From: Lophium mytilinum | Lineage: Eukaryota | Length of the DNA: 64,000 bases | Assembly (NCBI GenBank): GCA_010093605.1 | Contig: MU004184.1 | Coordinates: forward strand, 1,994,801-2,058,800 | Direction: 5' to 3' | In this document: positions 1 through 12,613 of the stretch, one piece after another | How positions within the stretch are numbered: the stretch's first letter is position 1 | Layout: every line of letters starts with the position of its first letter | Position numbers and translations under genes: made by a program | The notes under the pieces: model-generated | Seen by the model: the letters and a program-made list of their open reading frames with translations, nothing else | Told to the model about the DNA's origin: nothing | Databases searched by the model: none

Positions 1-1173
1 CATGAATTCTAGTGTTATCTATTCTATTTCTACCCGTACCACCACGTCCTCAATCCCTGTTATCCATGCGCTCCCCCAGCGGCCAATCAGTACATTTTTG
101 CGGCCATTGAACTATCTTGCAGCACTTCCAAAGCTTTCCAATCGATGGTCACACCCTGTTCCTTGGTATTTGCTGGAGAATATCATGTCACCCCTCCGTG
201 TCAACCCTGCACCTCTCAAATTGTGGGACGGTTGCGAATAAGGTGAAGGCAGTTCTGATAACGATGCAACAGATTACGACAGAAGGACTATCCATCTCGG
301 GGAGCACAAAGATGACTGATGGTCATATGGTGAAACGGCGCCAGCATGTGCAATCCACTTGGAAGCTAGTAGTCTCGTCGGATTTCAGTACCGTCTGTAT
401 GTCGAAAGGGTGTGGTGTTGGGACCTCTGTCTAAGACATGGACAATTCACATTTTGGTTATCTAGCGTACTTTCCACTTTAGGATTCTGCTAATCATACG
501 TGAGCTGAGCTAGGGCGGCGGTAGACCCTGAGTCTTCGGTTGCAAATGCAGGGAGTCGTTACGGATTCATGAGTACTCTTTTAGCAATACTGATGGTGCT
601 TGATGACATCGCCGGAGATCTCTGAGCATTATTTCCAGGTAGCGCCGTTTGAGCCCAGCTAACAAGTTCACAAGCAGCCAAGATTGATGGACATTCGCAT
701 TCTTTGGAGCCTTGTAAATGTATTGAGGCGCTCAAAGCGATCGTAAAGTAATGCACTCACAATCTGCGGGACGCGTTGGGTATCTCTTCTCACCCCTCCT
801 CAGTGACAACCCATAACCCGGGCGAAAAGCGCCCGAAACACGTCGTGGAAGTTTCCATCAAGCCTTAATATTGCTCCGAAAATGCAAGGACTTCGGTCCC
901 CACAAGGAATGGGTGGAAATTCTGACCGTTGAGTTCTGTAGATGTGTGGTTCTTTTCCCTACGACGAGTGCCCTTGAGCCTGTCAAGAACGGACCTGCCT
1001 TAATCCCCGATAAATAAGCCCGGGAACAGCGTCTGATTGGCTATTTTTATCTGTTTCAGATTATTTGTGTAACAGCCCTGCCGCCTTGTCAACGGACCCC
1101 TCAAGCCTCGGAAACAGTGTCCTCATCTACGCGCTGGTGATTGTTCGTTCCATCATCACCCCCATCACCAAAC

Positions 1174-2704
1174 ATGATCCAGTCCTTTCTCCAGGTACTT
1201 ATGCACGTCATTGCGCACACTGGAAGACTACTAATTATGCATAGCGTCTAGCGCGCTGGCTGGACCGCCCATTCTTCCCATGGAAGAAGCTGGTCATCGG
1301 CTTCTCCCTCGCGGAATTTGCCCTGGAGAACTGGCTTCTCTTTCGCCAGTATCGCGTCCTATCCAAGACATCCCAGCCCAAAGCCCTCGAAAACGAGATT
1401 GACAAGCCCACCTTCAATAAGAGCCAGGTTCGTCTCCGCAGATTGATGCTGCTGCCTCACGCTGACCTCAGTCTTTCCAGGAATATGGCCGCGCCAAAGC
1501 CAAGTTCGGCTTTTTCTCATCTCTATTCAATCAAGTCAAGGGCCTCGCTGTGATCTGGTACGATGTCTATCCCAAAGTATGGGCTGTCGCTGGCCTCCTC
1601 CTTGCCCGCTACGCGCCGGAACGCTTCTCGGGAGAAATCACACAATCACTCGTCTTCGTCTTCCTATTCAGCCTCATAGATACCTTCGCCGGCATGCCCT
1701 TCTCATACTACCACAGCTTCGTTCTGGAGGAGAAGTTTGGCTTCAACAAGATGACGGTCAAGCTCTGGATAACGGACATGCTCAAGGGCCAGGCGCTTAC
1801 CATTGCGTTTGGTATCCCTATCGGCAGTGCTTTCTTGTCCATCATCAAGAAATCTGGCCAAGGCTTCTTCTACTATCTCTGGCTTTTCATGCTGGTTGTT
1901 CAGGTCTCCGCGATTACCATCTACCCGATCTTCATCGTCCCGATGTTCAACAAGCTTGAGCCGCTGAAGGCCGGTGCACTGAAAGACGGCGTAGAAGCAC
2001 TTGCCTCGAAACTCCAATTCCCATTGGGCGAACTACAAGTCATTGATGGGAGCAAACGGAGCTCCCACAGCAATGCCTACTTTACTGGACTTCCGTGGAA
2101 GAAGAAGATTGTCATCTACGACACGCTTTTAGAAAAGAGCTCTGATAAGGAAGTCGAGGCTGTCCTCGCGCACGAACTTGGTCACTGGAAAATGGGGCAC
2201 ACTACGAAGCTTCTCCTAATCAGCCAGGTTCATTTGTTCTACATTTTCTCCCTATTCTCCGTCTTCATCAACAACAACTCGCTTTACGAGTCCTTTGGCT
2301 TCCACAAGGAGCGTCCTGTCCTAATTGGTTTCCTGCTCTTCAACGAGATACTCTCGCCAACCGATTCAATGATCAAGTTGATAATGAACGTTTTGACTCG
2401 GAGCATGGAGTATGAAGCTGGTATGTTGGTTTTCTGGGATTGTCACTGAACCACACTAATTTTTTCTCTAGATGCGTTCGCCGTCAAGCTAGGATATACC
2501 GCGGAGCTTGGTTCTTCTTTGATCAAGCTTCAAATCCAGAACCTGTCGAGTATGGACGCGGATTGGCTGTATTCGAGTTTCCACTACTCTCATCCCATCT
2601 TGACTGAACGGTTGAAGGCGATGAGCTGGGTCGGCGACAAGAAGGTGGTGGATAAATCGGCGGATAATGAGAAGCCCTTGAAGGCGAATGATATAGAGTT
2701 GTAG
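1174..2704 (+). CDS. STE24: CAAX prenyl protease (M48 zinc metalloprotease), 4 exons
   Basis: Spliced model MIQSFLQ|RLARWLDRPFFPWKKLV... with introns 1195-1244, 1428-1480 and 2421-2471. Motifs DGSKRSSHSNAYFTG, HELGH (HExxH), EYEADAFA and HYSHPILTERL. Confidence 0.96.
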
Positions 2705-2882
2705 TCCTGGATGAGGGCTGGAATTTGGGCCAGAGGTCCAGCGTCCAGGGAGACTGGATAGAAAAACCCGATCAAGCATCGATTTGCAACAGAGCGTAAC
2801 CTCCGAAACCGTTTGCGTGATCTTGCCGTGCTATGCCACCGAATTGTGTCATGAAGGCGCTTTCAACACCAGCCGTGCAGCC

Positions 2883-3473
2883 TTAACCCTCCGTTTTAGC
2901 CTTCTTTTGCCTCAACAGCTCTTTCTCCCTCTTTTTCTTCTCCTCCCGTTCTTTCTTCGCTTTCTTCCTGGCCGCCTTATCCAGTTTGGGCTCCTCCACA
3001 TGCTCCACGACCACCGGCTCCTCAACCCCATCGGCCACAAAATTCGACCTATCTTCGATTTCCCCAATGATCGGCCCCTGCTCCCTCTGATACTCCTCAA
3101 TATCCTGCCACCCTTCCTCTGCCTGCTCCGCTTTCCTCTTCCCATTCAACACCTTCCCCGCCACTGCATCCTCCACGCCAGCCTCCGCTCCAGCTTTAGC
3201 ATCGTCTTCTTCTAGCACCTCCAGATCGGGTTCCATGTGCTCGCCCCGCAATCCAGCTTCCACGCGCCTCAGGTTGTGTAGCACAACACCGCCCATTGGG
3301 CCAGCGGAGGTCGCGAACTGCACACCTGCAGTGCTGAGCAAGCCATCGGGATGCAAATGGGGAGACGTTTCGGTTGCGACAAGGTAGGCGGCGAGGAGGG
3401 AGTGCGCTTCGGTGGTGGAGAGCGGCCGCGAGGCGTGCGTGCGGTGAGGCGGGTATGCGGTTTCGGGGAACAT
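2883..3473 (-). CDS. 196-aa protein, probably RNA polymerase I subunit A14/Ker1-like
   Basis: Clean ATG-to-stop ORF. HASRPLSTTEAHSLLAAYL and LHNLRRVEAGLRGE resemble the two Rpa14 helices as I recall them; acidic then Lys-rich tail. The product call is inference. Confidence 0.55.
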   Translation of the reverse strand: MFPETAYPPHRTHASRPLSTTEAHSLLAAYLVATETSPHLHPDGLLSTAGVQFATSAGPMGGVVLHNLRRVEAGLRGEHMEPDLEVLEEDDAKAGAEAGVEDAVAGKVLNGKRKAEQAEEGWQDIEEYQREQGPIIGEIEDRSNFVADGVEEPVVVEHVEEPKLDKAARKKAKKEREEKKKREKELLRQKKAKTEG

Positions 3474-3737
3474 TGTGTGAATTTATCCTAGCTCAAGTTG
3501 GTTTTGATATATAGCCAGGCTAGCTTGCGCGGTGTTGTATCAGCGAAATGCGTGCGGGTGATGTAGTCATGCAAATAAAAAAAGTTCGAAGACCAGGTTC
3601 CGTAGAAATTTTGGAGCTTGGCTTGGCCGTTTTCAGACCGCGAACTTCGGGAGAGCCGACAGCATTAAATCAACGACATCCATCCACAACACTCACTCGA
3701 CCACCCCAATACACAAGCGAGAGCTCAATCACACAGT

Positions 3738-4207
3738 ATGCAGTCGCTCCGCTGCGTCCGCCTTCTCGCGCGGCCTACCGCTGGCACACCCTCTGCCCTC
3801 GCGCGCCCAGCATATCGAATCTCAACGCCGCAAACGTACCGCTCCCCTCCCTGTCTCACCAGCCTCGAAACTAACAGCACACCAGCATCGCCACATCTCG
3901 AGCCTTCTCTCTCCTCTCCCCGCGCCGTCCCCAGCTCCTTCCCTCTTCCTGCCACGCGGTTTCGTCCTCTACCACCCCCTCCGCCATCACAGCCGCCGAC
4001 GGCACGCTGCTCGACCTCTTCCCGAAGATATCGTCGCACCCGTCCCTGGCGTCGTCGCAGGTGCGATGCGGGCCGCGCGATACGTTTAGCCCGAGCCACC
4101 GGGTGCGGAAGCGGAGACATGGGTTTTTGGCGCGGTTGAGGACGAGGGGCGGGAGGAAGATTCTGATGAGGAGGAAGTTGAAGGGGAGGCAGGCGTTGAC
4201 GCATTGA
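3738..4207 (+). CDS. Mitochondrial ribosomal protein bL34m, 2 exons
   Basis: Arg-rich presequence [13 protein letters not shown], intron ~3836-3895, then C-terminal L34 signature [43 protein letters not shown]. Confidence 0.9.
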
Positions 4208-4772
4208 GTGGGGTGTTTTGCTGTTGGCAGGGAGGGGATATGTGGTTTTGTGGGGGACAGGATTGAAGATGGCATTGTACTGTTTTCGCATTTACGTGCG
4301 CGAGTGTATATTGGGAAGCGGTGTATTATATGGGCATAATGGACCTCCTCTACGAGCACCGCTTTGAATGGAGAAAGAGGTGATATATGGTTGTTGCTTG
4401 GAGCTACGGAATAGTCTGAGGTGAGGGCGAATTGGATTCTCGCGGTCAGTCGGGGAAGATTATTGAACTACGAAGGGTCCTCGCCGTGTGCACACCGCGT
4501 CTATTAAAATCGAGTTTGTACGGTTAGATTCGTGACTCTTGGTAACATTACTCCAAGTTTCGGTCCCTGCATACCTCCGCGTAGAATCTACAGGCCCCTT
4601 TCGGACAACCTGGCTATTAGCCATCTTTTTTCGAACACACAAGGATTCTCCGAGAGGATGAAGGGAGGTTTGAACTGTGGTATCTTCTAAACTCTAACCA
4701 TCTAGTCAGTTTCTACCTCTTAAAAACAATTCGAACTTCCTCCTATAATCAATTAACAACACCCACCCCTCC

Positions 4773-5825
4773 TCAAGCAAACACAGGAATAGCAACCCCA
4801 TCATCAAGCGGATCATTAAACCTCAACCCCTTATCCAACCCACTAATCTTCTCAATCTCCTCCTCCTCCAGCGTCCACCCCGTCACATACAAATTCTGCA
4901 ATAACCTCGTCCTATTACTACTCTTCGGAATAACCGCCACCCCCCTCTGCGTACTCCACCTTAACAACACCTGCGCCGGCGTCTTCCCATGCTTCGCTGC
5001 CACCTCTTTCACCACCTCCAGCTCCGTCAACGGCACCGCATTCTTCGCGCGTGGGTTGTTCAACTCAATAAAACTCAACGACCCAAACGAGCTATACGCC
5101 GTCACCTGCACTCCATTGCTCCTTGCGTACTTCACCAGCGGCGCCTACGTCAGGTACGGATGATGCTCGATCTGCAGCACCGCCGGCCTAATCTTCGCGT
5201 AATTAAATAAGTCGGCCAGCGTCTGCCCGTTGTAGTTGCTAACCCCGATGCTGCGCGCAAGCCCCTGCTCCACGACGGCCTCCATCGCGTGCCACGTCGA
5301 CTCCAGCGTCGCCGTGCCGGGCGCGAACTCGTCGCTCCAGGCGCTCGGATACCGTTTCGCGGGATCGACGTAGGCGAGCGCGAAGGGGAAGTGGATGTAG
5401 TAGAGGTCGAGGTAGTCGAGCTGCAAGTCGGCGAAGTGCCGCTTGAGGATGGGCGTTACGTGGGCTGGGTCGTGGAAGGTGCACCAGAGTTTGGAGACGA
5501 TGAAGAGGTCGGCGCGGGTTACGAGGTTGTCTTTGAAGGCGCGGGCGAAGCCTTGGCCGACTTCTTTTTCGTTGCCGTAGACTTGCGGGAGGGTTAGAGG
5601 GGGGTGTGGGGAGGGATTGGGGGGAGGTACTGGCGGCGCCGTCGAAGCAGCGGTAGCCGAGTTTGATGGCTTCGTAGACGAGGTCCGGGGCGACTGCTCC
5701 GTCGACTTTCCAGAGGCCGAGGCCGACGAGGGGCCTGTGGGTGGGTTAGATGTTGGGCGATTGTGGAAGTATGGGGATTCTCACATTTCATGCCCGCTGT
5801 TGAGCTTGATTGTAGAAGGGGACAT
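4773..5825 (-). pseudogene. Aldo-keto reductase (xylose reductase-like) with one in-frame TAG
   Basis: [27 protein letters not shown]|x[45 protein letters not shown]. The stop at 5145-5147 sits where a Gln is expected. Confidence 0.85.
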
Positions 5826-6834
5826 GATTGACTTGAAGACTGAGCTTGTTTGACACTCGAAACTGTTCGAAAAGGAAGAGAATGAGAGGTTTGACGCAAG
5901 ATGTCTAACTTTTGACTAAACGCTATAACAACTTCTGAGCGTGGAGGTCCCACATTACCACATCGAGTAGTCCCCGACGCAGGGCTAGGAACCCCAATTT
6001 CCCACCCCTCAGAGCTCCATTGTGCCATCAGAAAGGACCAATAGCATTCAGCAATGTGGAGAATCGGCCTATCCGCGCTCTGCGACACTGAAATTGTACA
6101 TCGTCCTAACTAGGAAGGTCTAGCGTGGTTAAGCTGCTGGTGAGTTTGCGATTGATATTACACATAGGCATACAAACCTTGAAAGTTTAGGTCTCAAAGT
6201 ACGGACGAATGGTCAGGCTAATATGTATAAAGAAGTTATTAGGGGGAAATGCCTCGAATATCATCGCTATTCAGCCCCCCGCCATCGAGGTTTGGCACGT
6301 GGAGATAACATTATTGGTGATAAGACGAATGAAATATCTCTCTCCCTTAAATTTCCAGGTACATGTATTGAACACACTGAAAATCAGGATCTCTACTAGC
6401 AAATATCAGTGTGGAGAAAATGTAACTAGAACATCTTTCACCATCACAAATCGGACTTCTAAACTTCGAACCAGGATCATGTTGTAGCAAGTTCTCCGGT
6501 AGTACGCTAGGTATCTGATTGCTCGTTGACCATCCATCTTTGCTTCATTTTCAGGGCCAGAGGGCCCTACGGTACGGTACCTCAGCCAGATATTGGCAAT
6601 GCTGGTTAGAACAGTACATCTTCCTTGCACTCTGAAGAGAATTGTAGAAAGTTTAAGCACAAGCACGAACATCCAAAACAATTCAACTACCTCTATCCCA
6701 AACTTTTCAGTCTGCGCCACATTCCTGATTCCGTTCATTCATGACCCAAACATCGCTCTAACCATACTCCAATAAAGAACGCCCAAAATGCCGGCCCCAT
6801 ACCCCTTTCTTCCCCGCCCTATTCCCCTATTCTC

Positions 6835-8267
6835 TCAAGCCGTCCTCGAATTATCAATCTTCATAACCAAGATATCGCAAGCACCAATATCCGTCAGCTC
6901 ATCCATGGCCGTGGCGATCCGTTTCCGCTCCACCATGACTTGGACCGCGACCCAGCCCTCTTCCTCGAGCGAGTTGATGGTGGGCGCGCGCTTTCCGGGG
7001 GTGATAGCGCGGGCGGCTTCGATTTTGGGGCGCTCAATGTTATACGTGCAGAGGACGTATTTTTGAGCGGCTGGGTTGGGTGTCAGTCGGATCCGAAAAA
7101 TTTGATGAATTCGAAATATTAATGAACATGTTCTTTAGTAGCACAGATAGGAGTCCGACTAGTCAATATGGTTGACCGGCATACACAGGACACAAAGTTG
7201 CAAGAATGTGGCGAAGGCCTTTAGATCATAACGGACAAGAAGAAAGACAGCTTTGGTAAGGTAGAGGAAGAGATGATACTCACTTATCACACCGCGGATT
7301 CGCGAAGCGATCAAATCAACAAGCTTAGGGTCTGAGGGGTGTTTCGACTTGATGAGGACAGCAGTGGAATCAACAACAGTAGAGATTGCTTTGAGGCCCG
7401 CTGCTCGCATGGTCTCGCCAGATTCTTTTGATCATTAGCACTCAATGTCCCTGAAAGGGGTCTTTTGGATCGTCTTACCAACTAAATCCACAATGCCGTC
7501 TGCTACACCGAGCGCACATGCTGCCTCTACACTTCCTCCGATATATTTGATCTTCGTCAGGAGCTTCGCCTTGCCCATCCCATTAGTGACACCTCCCGAA
7601 CTATTCGCCTTCGCTTCCAATTCTCTGAAGTACTGCTCCGTGAGATTCGTAAAGCTGGTAACGACATTTTTCCCAATCAGGTCCTCCGGCTTCTGAAGTT
7701 CCCCTTTTTGCGGAACTTGGACTTGTAGGCTACACTTCCCGAAGTCTAGATCAAGCACTTCGGTTACACCTGTAGTGTCTGTCGGAGGAGAAACCACCTC
7801 ATGTTCTCCTACTTGATCCCGTCCTGTTATTCCAAGATCGACGCGGCCCTCGCCCACGAAAGTGGGGATATCTGCTGCGGGGAGGAAGACAAGGGCAATT
7901 GGGAGGTTCTTGACCAGCGCGATGTCCAGTCGTGAGTGTCGGTGAAACTGAATGTCGGAGCCTTTGAGGAGGTCGAGACACGCTTGGTGCAAACGTCCCT
8001 CTATTTCCACCGCAAAGTCAGCAATTGGCCCCGCACAGGTACGTTGTTGCAGCTTTCACAAGCACGCAAGGGGGCGGAGAGACTGACTCTTAGGTACAGC
8101 AAACAAAAGCCGGTCGTTGAGACTATCCACCAACAGGTCAGTCAAGTGCGGTAGAGAGCGCGATGGCCGTCTCGTAGCCGAAACAACCCCATTGCTCACA
8201 GTCATGATGGAATGAGGGGGGAAAGAGGGTAAGGAAGCACGGGAACCTACGAATTGACTAGATCCAT
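6835..8267 (-). CDS. HIS1: ATP phosphoribosyltransferase, multi-exon
   Basis: MDLVNS|LNDRLLFAVPK|KGRL, DIPTFVGEGRVDLGITGRDQ, GSVEAACALGVADGIVDLV|ESGETMRAAGL, final exon ITPGKRAPTI...SRTA*. Confidence 0.96.
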
Positions 8268-8975
8268 TGTGACCTTATTGAAGCTCCGTGATTTCCTGGG
8301 GTGCTGTCGCACGGCGCGGTTACCAACTTCTCTGGCTTCTCTGGTGGCTGCAGGTGATCCACGTAGTGAGGGCTAATTGGCCGCAAATGGGGGCTTTTTC
8401 GGGGTATGCGTCGGGCGTGCAGGCAATGGACTGATGGTGTCTTATGCAACGATATTGCTTGCGTCGCGCTTCTTGTAGCGGCGTAAGAAGTGGGCGGAAA
8501 GGCCTGAGTCAAGCTTCGAAACCAACACGTGCGGCGGCGAATGGATTTGTTTGAGCGGGGCGGGGCAGGCCTAGGACGGCAAACGGGAGACAAAAGCAAT
8601 TGAGTCCAATAAGAGTCAAAATCACGAGGGAGTGAAAGATGTGGTGGATCTCTCCGATATGCGGAATAAAGGCCCCTCTCGTCCAATGAGGTGGGGGCGT
8701 ACATAAGCCTTGCATGTCCAGGTGCAGTAAAATTGTGCAGTCGCTTGAATGGTCGGCCCGGCGGGCTTGGCTCCACATTCGTTTCGCACCTCACTCTATC
8801 GATCGCGAAATTAGAGCCCACGCCATCGACCTCTGCGCATCTACGACAACCCGCTGCAAAGCCCGCAAATCGACTCACTTGTCGAACACACTTAAAGCCG
8901 CAGCTTCAACAACCCAAAAGTCGGTTCATTCGCCCGACTTCGAATTCCAGCAACTAACAGGCCTAGTCTGCAAAG

Positions 8976-9383
8976 ATGGACGCAGCGAAAGTTCCCGTCA
9001 AGCTTGTGAAGGTCACTCGCGGTAAGCTGCTTAGGAATGAGATGATAGAATATTAGCGCTAATGCAATCATAGTTCTCGGACGCACTGGTATGTAACAAT
9101 CCTTCAACCTCGAATTTCGATCCAAACGAGCGGGGAAAGAAATGGGAATACAAATGGACATTGTTCTGATACACAACAGGCTCCCGTGGAGGTGTGACGC
9201 AAGTCCGCGTCGAGTTCATGGACGATACCACCCGAAGCATCATCAGGAACGTGAAGGGCCCAGGTACGGACATACCCCCAAGCAGGAATTGAAGGACGGC
9301 ATAAATCTGACTACATTCCAGTCCGCGAGAACGACATCCTCTGCTTGCTCGAGTCCGAACGTGAGGCCAGGAGGCTGAGATAG
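8976..9383 (+). CDS. RPS28: 40S ribosomal protein S28, 4 exons
   Basis: [68 protein letters not shown]. Confidence 0.97.
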
Positions 9384-10496
9384 ACGGAATGGTGGAAGGG
9401 AGAGGTGGAGCGGGAAGGGCTGCGGAGTGATTCGGACAACGGCATTGCGAACGGCATCTCTCATCGGACTATCCCTCAGGCCTGGTCTATGAGATAGGGA
9501 GCACGGGATTCAATCAAAAACATTTCCTCCAACCGCTTTTTGCTTGCTTGCAATATCTTGAATTGATACAGTTCAAAAACGCTCCTCTCTTCAAGCAAAA
9601 TCTCTAGACACTGGAAAGGCTCCATTATGCCTGATATCTTGTGAAGGTAGTAGGGCACCACGAGCAATGCCTTCCAAGTGTTAAAATCTTTCTGCTTTAC
9701 TTTTCTTTCCAAGAGCTCAGCACGTTCTTGTTTTCGCCCAAATTCGGTTCGTGCGGGAGAGTCTCACACCTCCATCAGTGTGCGCAAACTCATAGCGGCA
9801 TGAGTGCGATTCGCGAGTTCGAGCAAGCTCGTAGTGTCTACAGTATATCCTTGGAGTTGTGTAGATTTCAGACCTTACCTTCTGCACCGTTCAGCAGTCA
9901 TCCTCGCCTCCGGCGGGAGTGGCCCAATACAATATCAGAGCGCGCAAGCCTACGACGGAGTCAACGCAATTCGCAAGCTTAAGCATAAGAATATCGTTTA
10001 CAGGATGCTCTTAGAGGTGTCCTGTTTCAGAGGCTTGCCTCCTTTGCGGCTTGAACTCGCTTCATACAGGAGTACTATTTTGCAAATGTTAAGAGGGCGA
10101 GCAAAACGCACGATGGCGTCAATACGATTCACGTGTTTGGGTTTTATATCCCGGATTCACAATGTCTGAGAGGGGTACTATATCTTGTGCGATGTAGGTT
10201 TTCTGGCCTTCAAGATCTACCCAATTCTCATCCATGTCCGCTGAATTTGAGTATTCAATCGTTCATTCAATTATTCCTTCATCGCCCGTTTTCGAACATT
10301 TGAGTGGCCAGGTAAAGTTCTAGAGCTAGTCCAGAAAGTGTGACGTTGTCTCTGGCGAATAGTAGACAGCACCCCCAGGGGCGACATCGCAAGGAAGTAG
10401 GCTAGTCGCAAAAATTGACTCGAATACCAGCCAGATATCTGACATGCACTTCGACCAACCTCAACCAACTGTCCGAGCTCATGTTCTAGTGCCGTG

Positions 10497-11601
10497 CTAC
10501 CAAGATTCGCCAGAAAGAGCTTCCCACTGTCTTACCAGAGGAGTTTTACGAAGCGCTGAAAAGTGTTGCCGGTTTGCAAATGCAAACTTTCGTAGGTACA
10601 CCTCTAGAAACCAACGAGTGTCATTAGTTGGTATCTTGTCTAAAGCACACAGCAATCTCGCCCTCAAACCGGAAGGCCCTCCGGGGCGATTTGGGTCAAG
10701 GGTGACGCTTCCAATGTTCGTCACAAACGGCACCTGTCACCAGTCAGTACCTTGAAGGCTAATATAAAGTTGAAAGGCTGTCCACCTGTTTTCGTTGTTG
10801 ACACCGGATTTCATCAATGTTGGTCACGATTTTGGACCTATTGTCCCAGGTATAATCCGGCGACTGGTAGAGCAAATCAAGAACAGGAGTCGTTGTCTAG
10901 GGGAAGCAATCAGTCTAAAAAGTTCATCAGCTACCGAGCTCACTAACCTGCATCATGTTCTCGAAGACGAAAGCACACTTTCCCAATTCTGGGAAGGCTT
11001 GCGGGTTTAGGTATACAATGAACATTAGTCTCTTTTCTAGTCGTTCGACACCCTTCATTTTGGGGTTATCTATAGTGCCCAAATCATTCCGAAGAAGATT
11101 TTGGATTCCAGATAGTGTCAAATTCTTGGCATTAGACTTCTTGTCCCGCCCTTTCAGTATCAGAGCCTATAGAGTCTGTTAGCAACTGCACACTCATGGA
11201 ATGGGACTAGACCATTGACCTCTTCACACCTTCTTCCCGTAGCTGGAAATGGTCGAAGGTCAGGACTCGATCAAAACAATCACTTCTGTTTTAGATCTTG
11301 GAAACCAATCGAAGATCGTCCAGCCACGGGAAAAAGGGGTCAAAAAGGCAATATACTGATGTTATGAAAAGATAGTTACCTTGCCTCCGTTCCGCTGAAT
11401 CATCCCATCCAATATGCGTGGGAGGTTGCGCTTGGCTAATGACTTGTCTATTGGGCATTTACCAAACAAAATATTTATGCATGGCGTTGGCGATTGCGCG
11501 AGTCGGTTTTTGTCATCACCATGTAGTTGCACTGAGCGCCCATCTACAGCTACAGATTCGCGATCAGAGTTACTATCGGATCCGCTATCATGGCTGTCGT
11601 T
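10497..11601 (-). pseudogene. Paralog D of the unnamed tandem family: C-terminal half only, 5' part missing
   Basis: Spliced reading NDSHDSGSDS...PTPCINILFG...NGGK|...LNPQAFPELG...MMQ|TTTPVLDLLY...|...TPLVRQWEALSGESW*. Motifs and introns are colinear with paralog C. It abuts the broken LINE RT at ~11600. Confidence 0.75.
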
Positions 11602-12391
11602 ATGCGTATGCCTTTTGCTGGTCTAGGAGCGCTACATATAGTGGCTGTCTCTTCCTCTCTGCCCGTTCAATTAGGAGCTGCATTTGTTTCACGTTTGTCA
11701 TTATGTCACGTCGGGGTAAAAATCCAGTCTGGTGCTGCCCTAGAATCGCGTTGAAAGGTTCTAATAGCCTGTTGTTAATTAAGGTAGTGAACATTTTGTA
11801 TAGTGTGTTAGTTATTAAAAGGGGGCGGTAATTTTCTATTGCCGTTTTATCTCCTTTCTTATGTATGATCTTTATAACACCTATAGCCCACTCCTTAGGC
11901 ATTAGAAGCCCGTACTTATTAGGTTGCATTAGAATTGTTATTATTACTACTAGTGCATCTAAGAGGGTCTAAGATAGCCCTAACTTTTTATAGGCGTAGA
12001 TTTTATAGAAATTATAGGAAATTCCTATAGAACCGGAAACTCTATTCCGCTTCCAATAACTTATTATAGCGTCTGCTTCCTTGCGCGATACTAGGCTAGT
12101 TATTTTACTAAAGTTCCCTTCTAGAAGTAAATCTTTAATTTTCTTTTAATACTAGTTATTTATTTTACTAAATAAATATAGGTCTTTATAGAATTTAGTA
12201 GTAATACCTAATATTTATTTTAGCTTTTAATAAAGTTTACCTTTATTATCTAATAGTATAGAAATATACTATTCTTTATTATCTCCCTTATCTATATTCT
12301 AAAATTTAGCTAAAGTAGTACTTCTATATACTATTTTCTTTCTAAACACTACTAATTTTCTTTTCTTATCTACCTACTTTTAATAGTCGCT
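11602..12391 (-). mobile_element. L1/Tx1-type LINE ORF2, linker plus N-terminal half of reverse transcriptase (3'-truncated)
   Basis: IHKKGDKTAIENYRPL, YKMFT, QTGFLPRRDIMTN, LLDQQKAY, then RT homology stops. TpA enrichment increases toward 12391. Confidence 0.9.
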
Positions 12392-12613
12392 TATAGGGGG
12401 CCAATATAATATAAGTAATAAGGTATATTAACTATTATAAAAATCTAAGCTAAGGAGAAGAGAGAGAGCTAGAAGCTCTTAAGAGGTTGTAGTTTAACGC
12501 TAGCGCACGGGCCGCGGCCTAGCGCCTCGGGCTAGCGTCTCGCTTAGGTTACGTAAGGGGCGGCATGTAACCTTAGTATATAATTATTATAATTCTAGAT
12601 TTATACTATAATA
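12392..12613 (-). repeat. 3' LTR (222 bp)
   Basis: Direct repeat of 25930-26151; ends TA...TA are consistent with RIP-mutated TG...CA. Confidence 0.93.

Noticed and set aside
4440..4660. Possible tRNA-like sequence between bL34m and the AKR gene
   Set aside because: No TTCGA T-loop in the right place and no cloverleaf.
7072..7284. Longer HIS1 intron as a possible snoRNA host
   Set aside because: No convincing C/D or H/ACA box arrangement seen.
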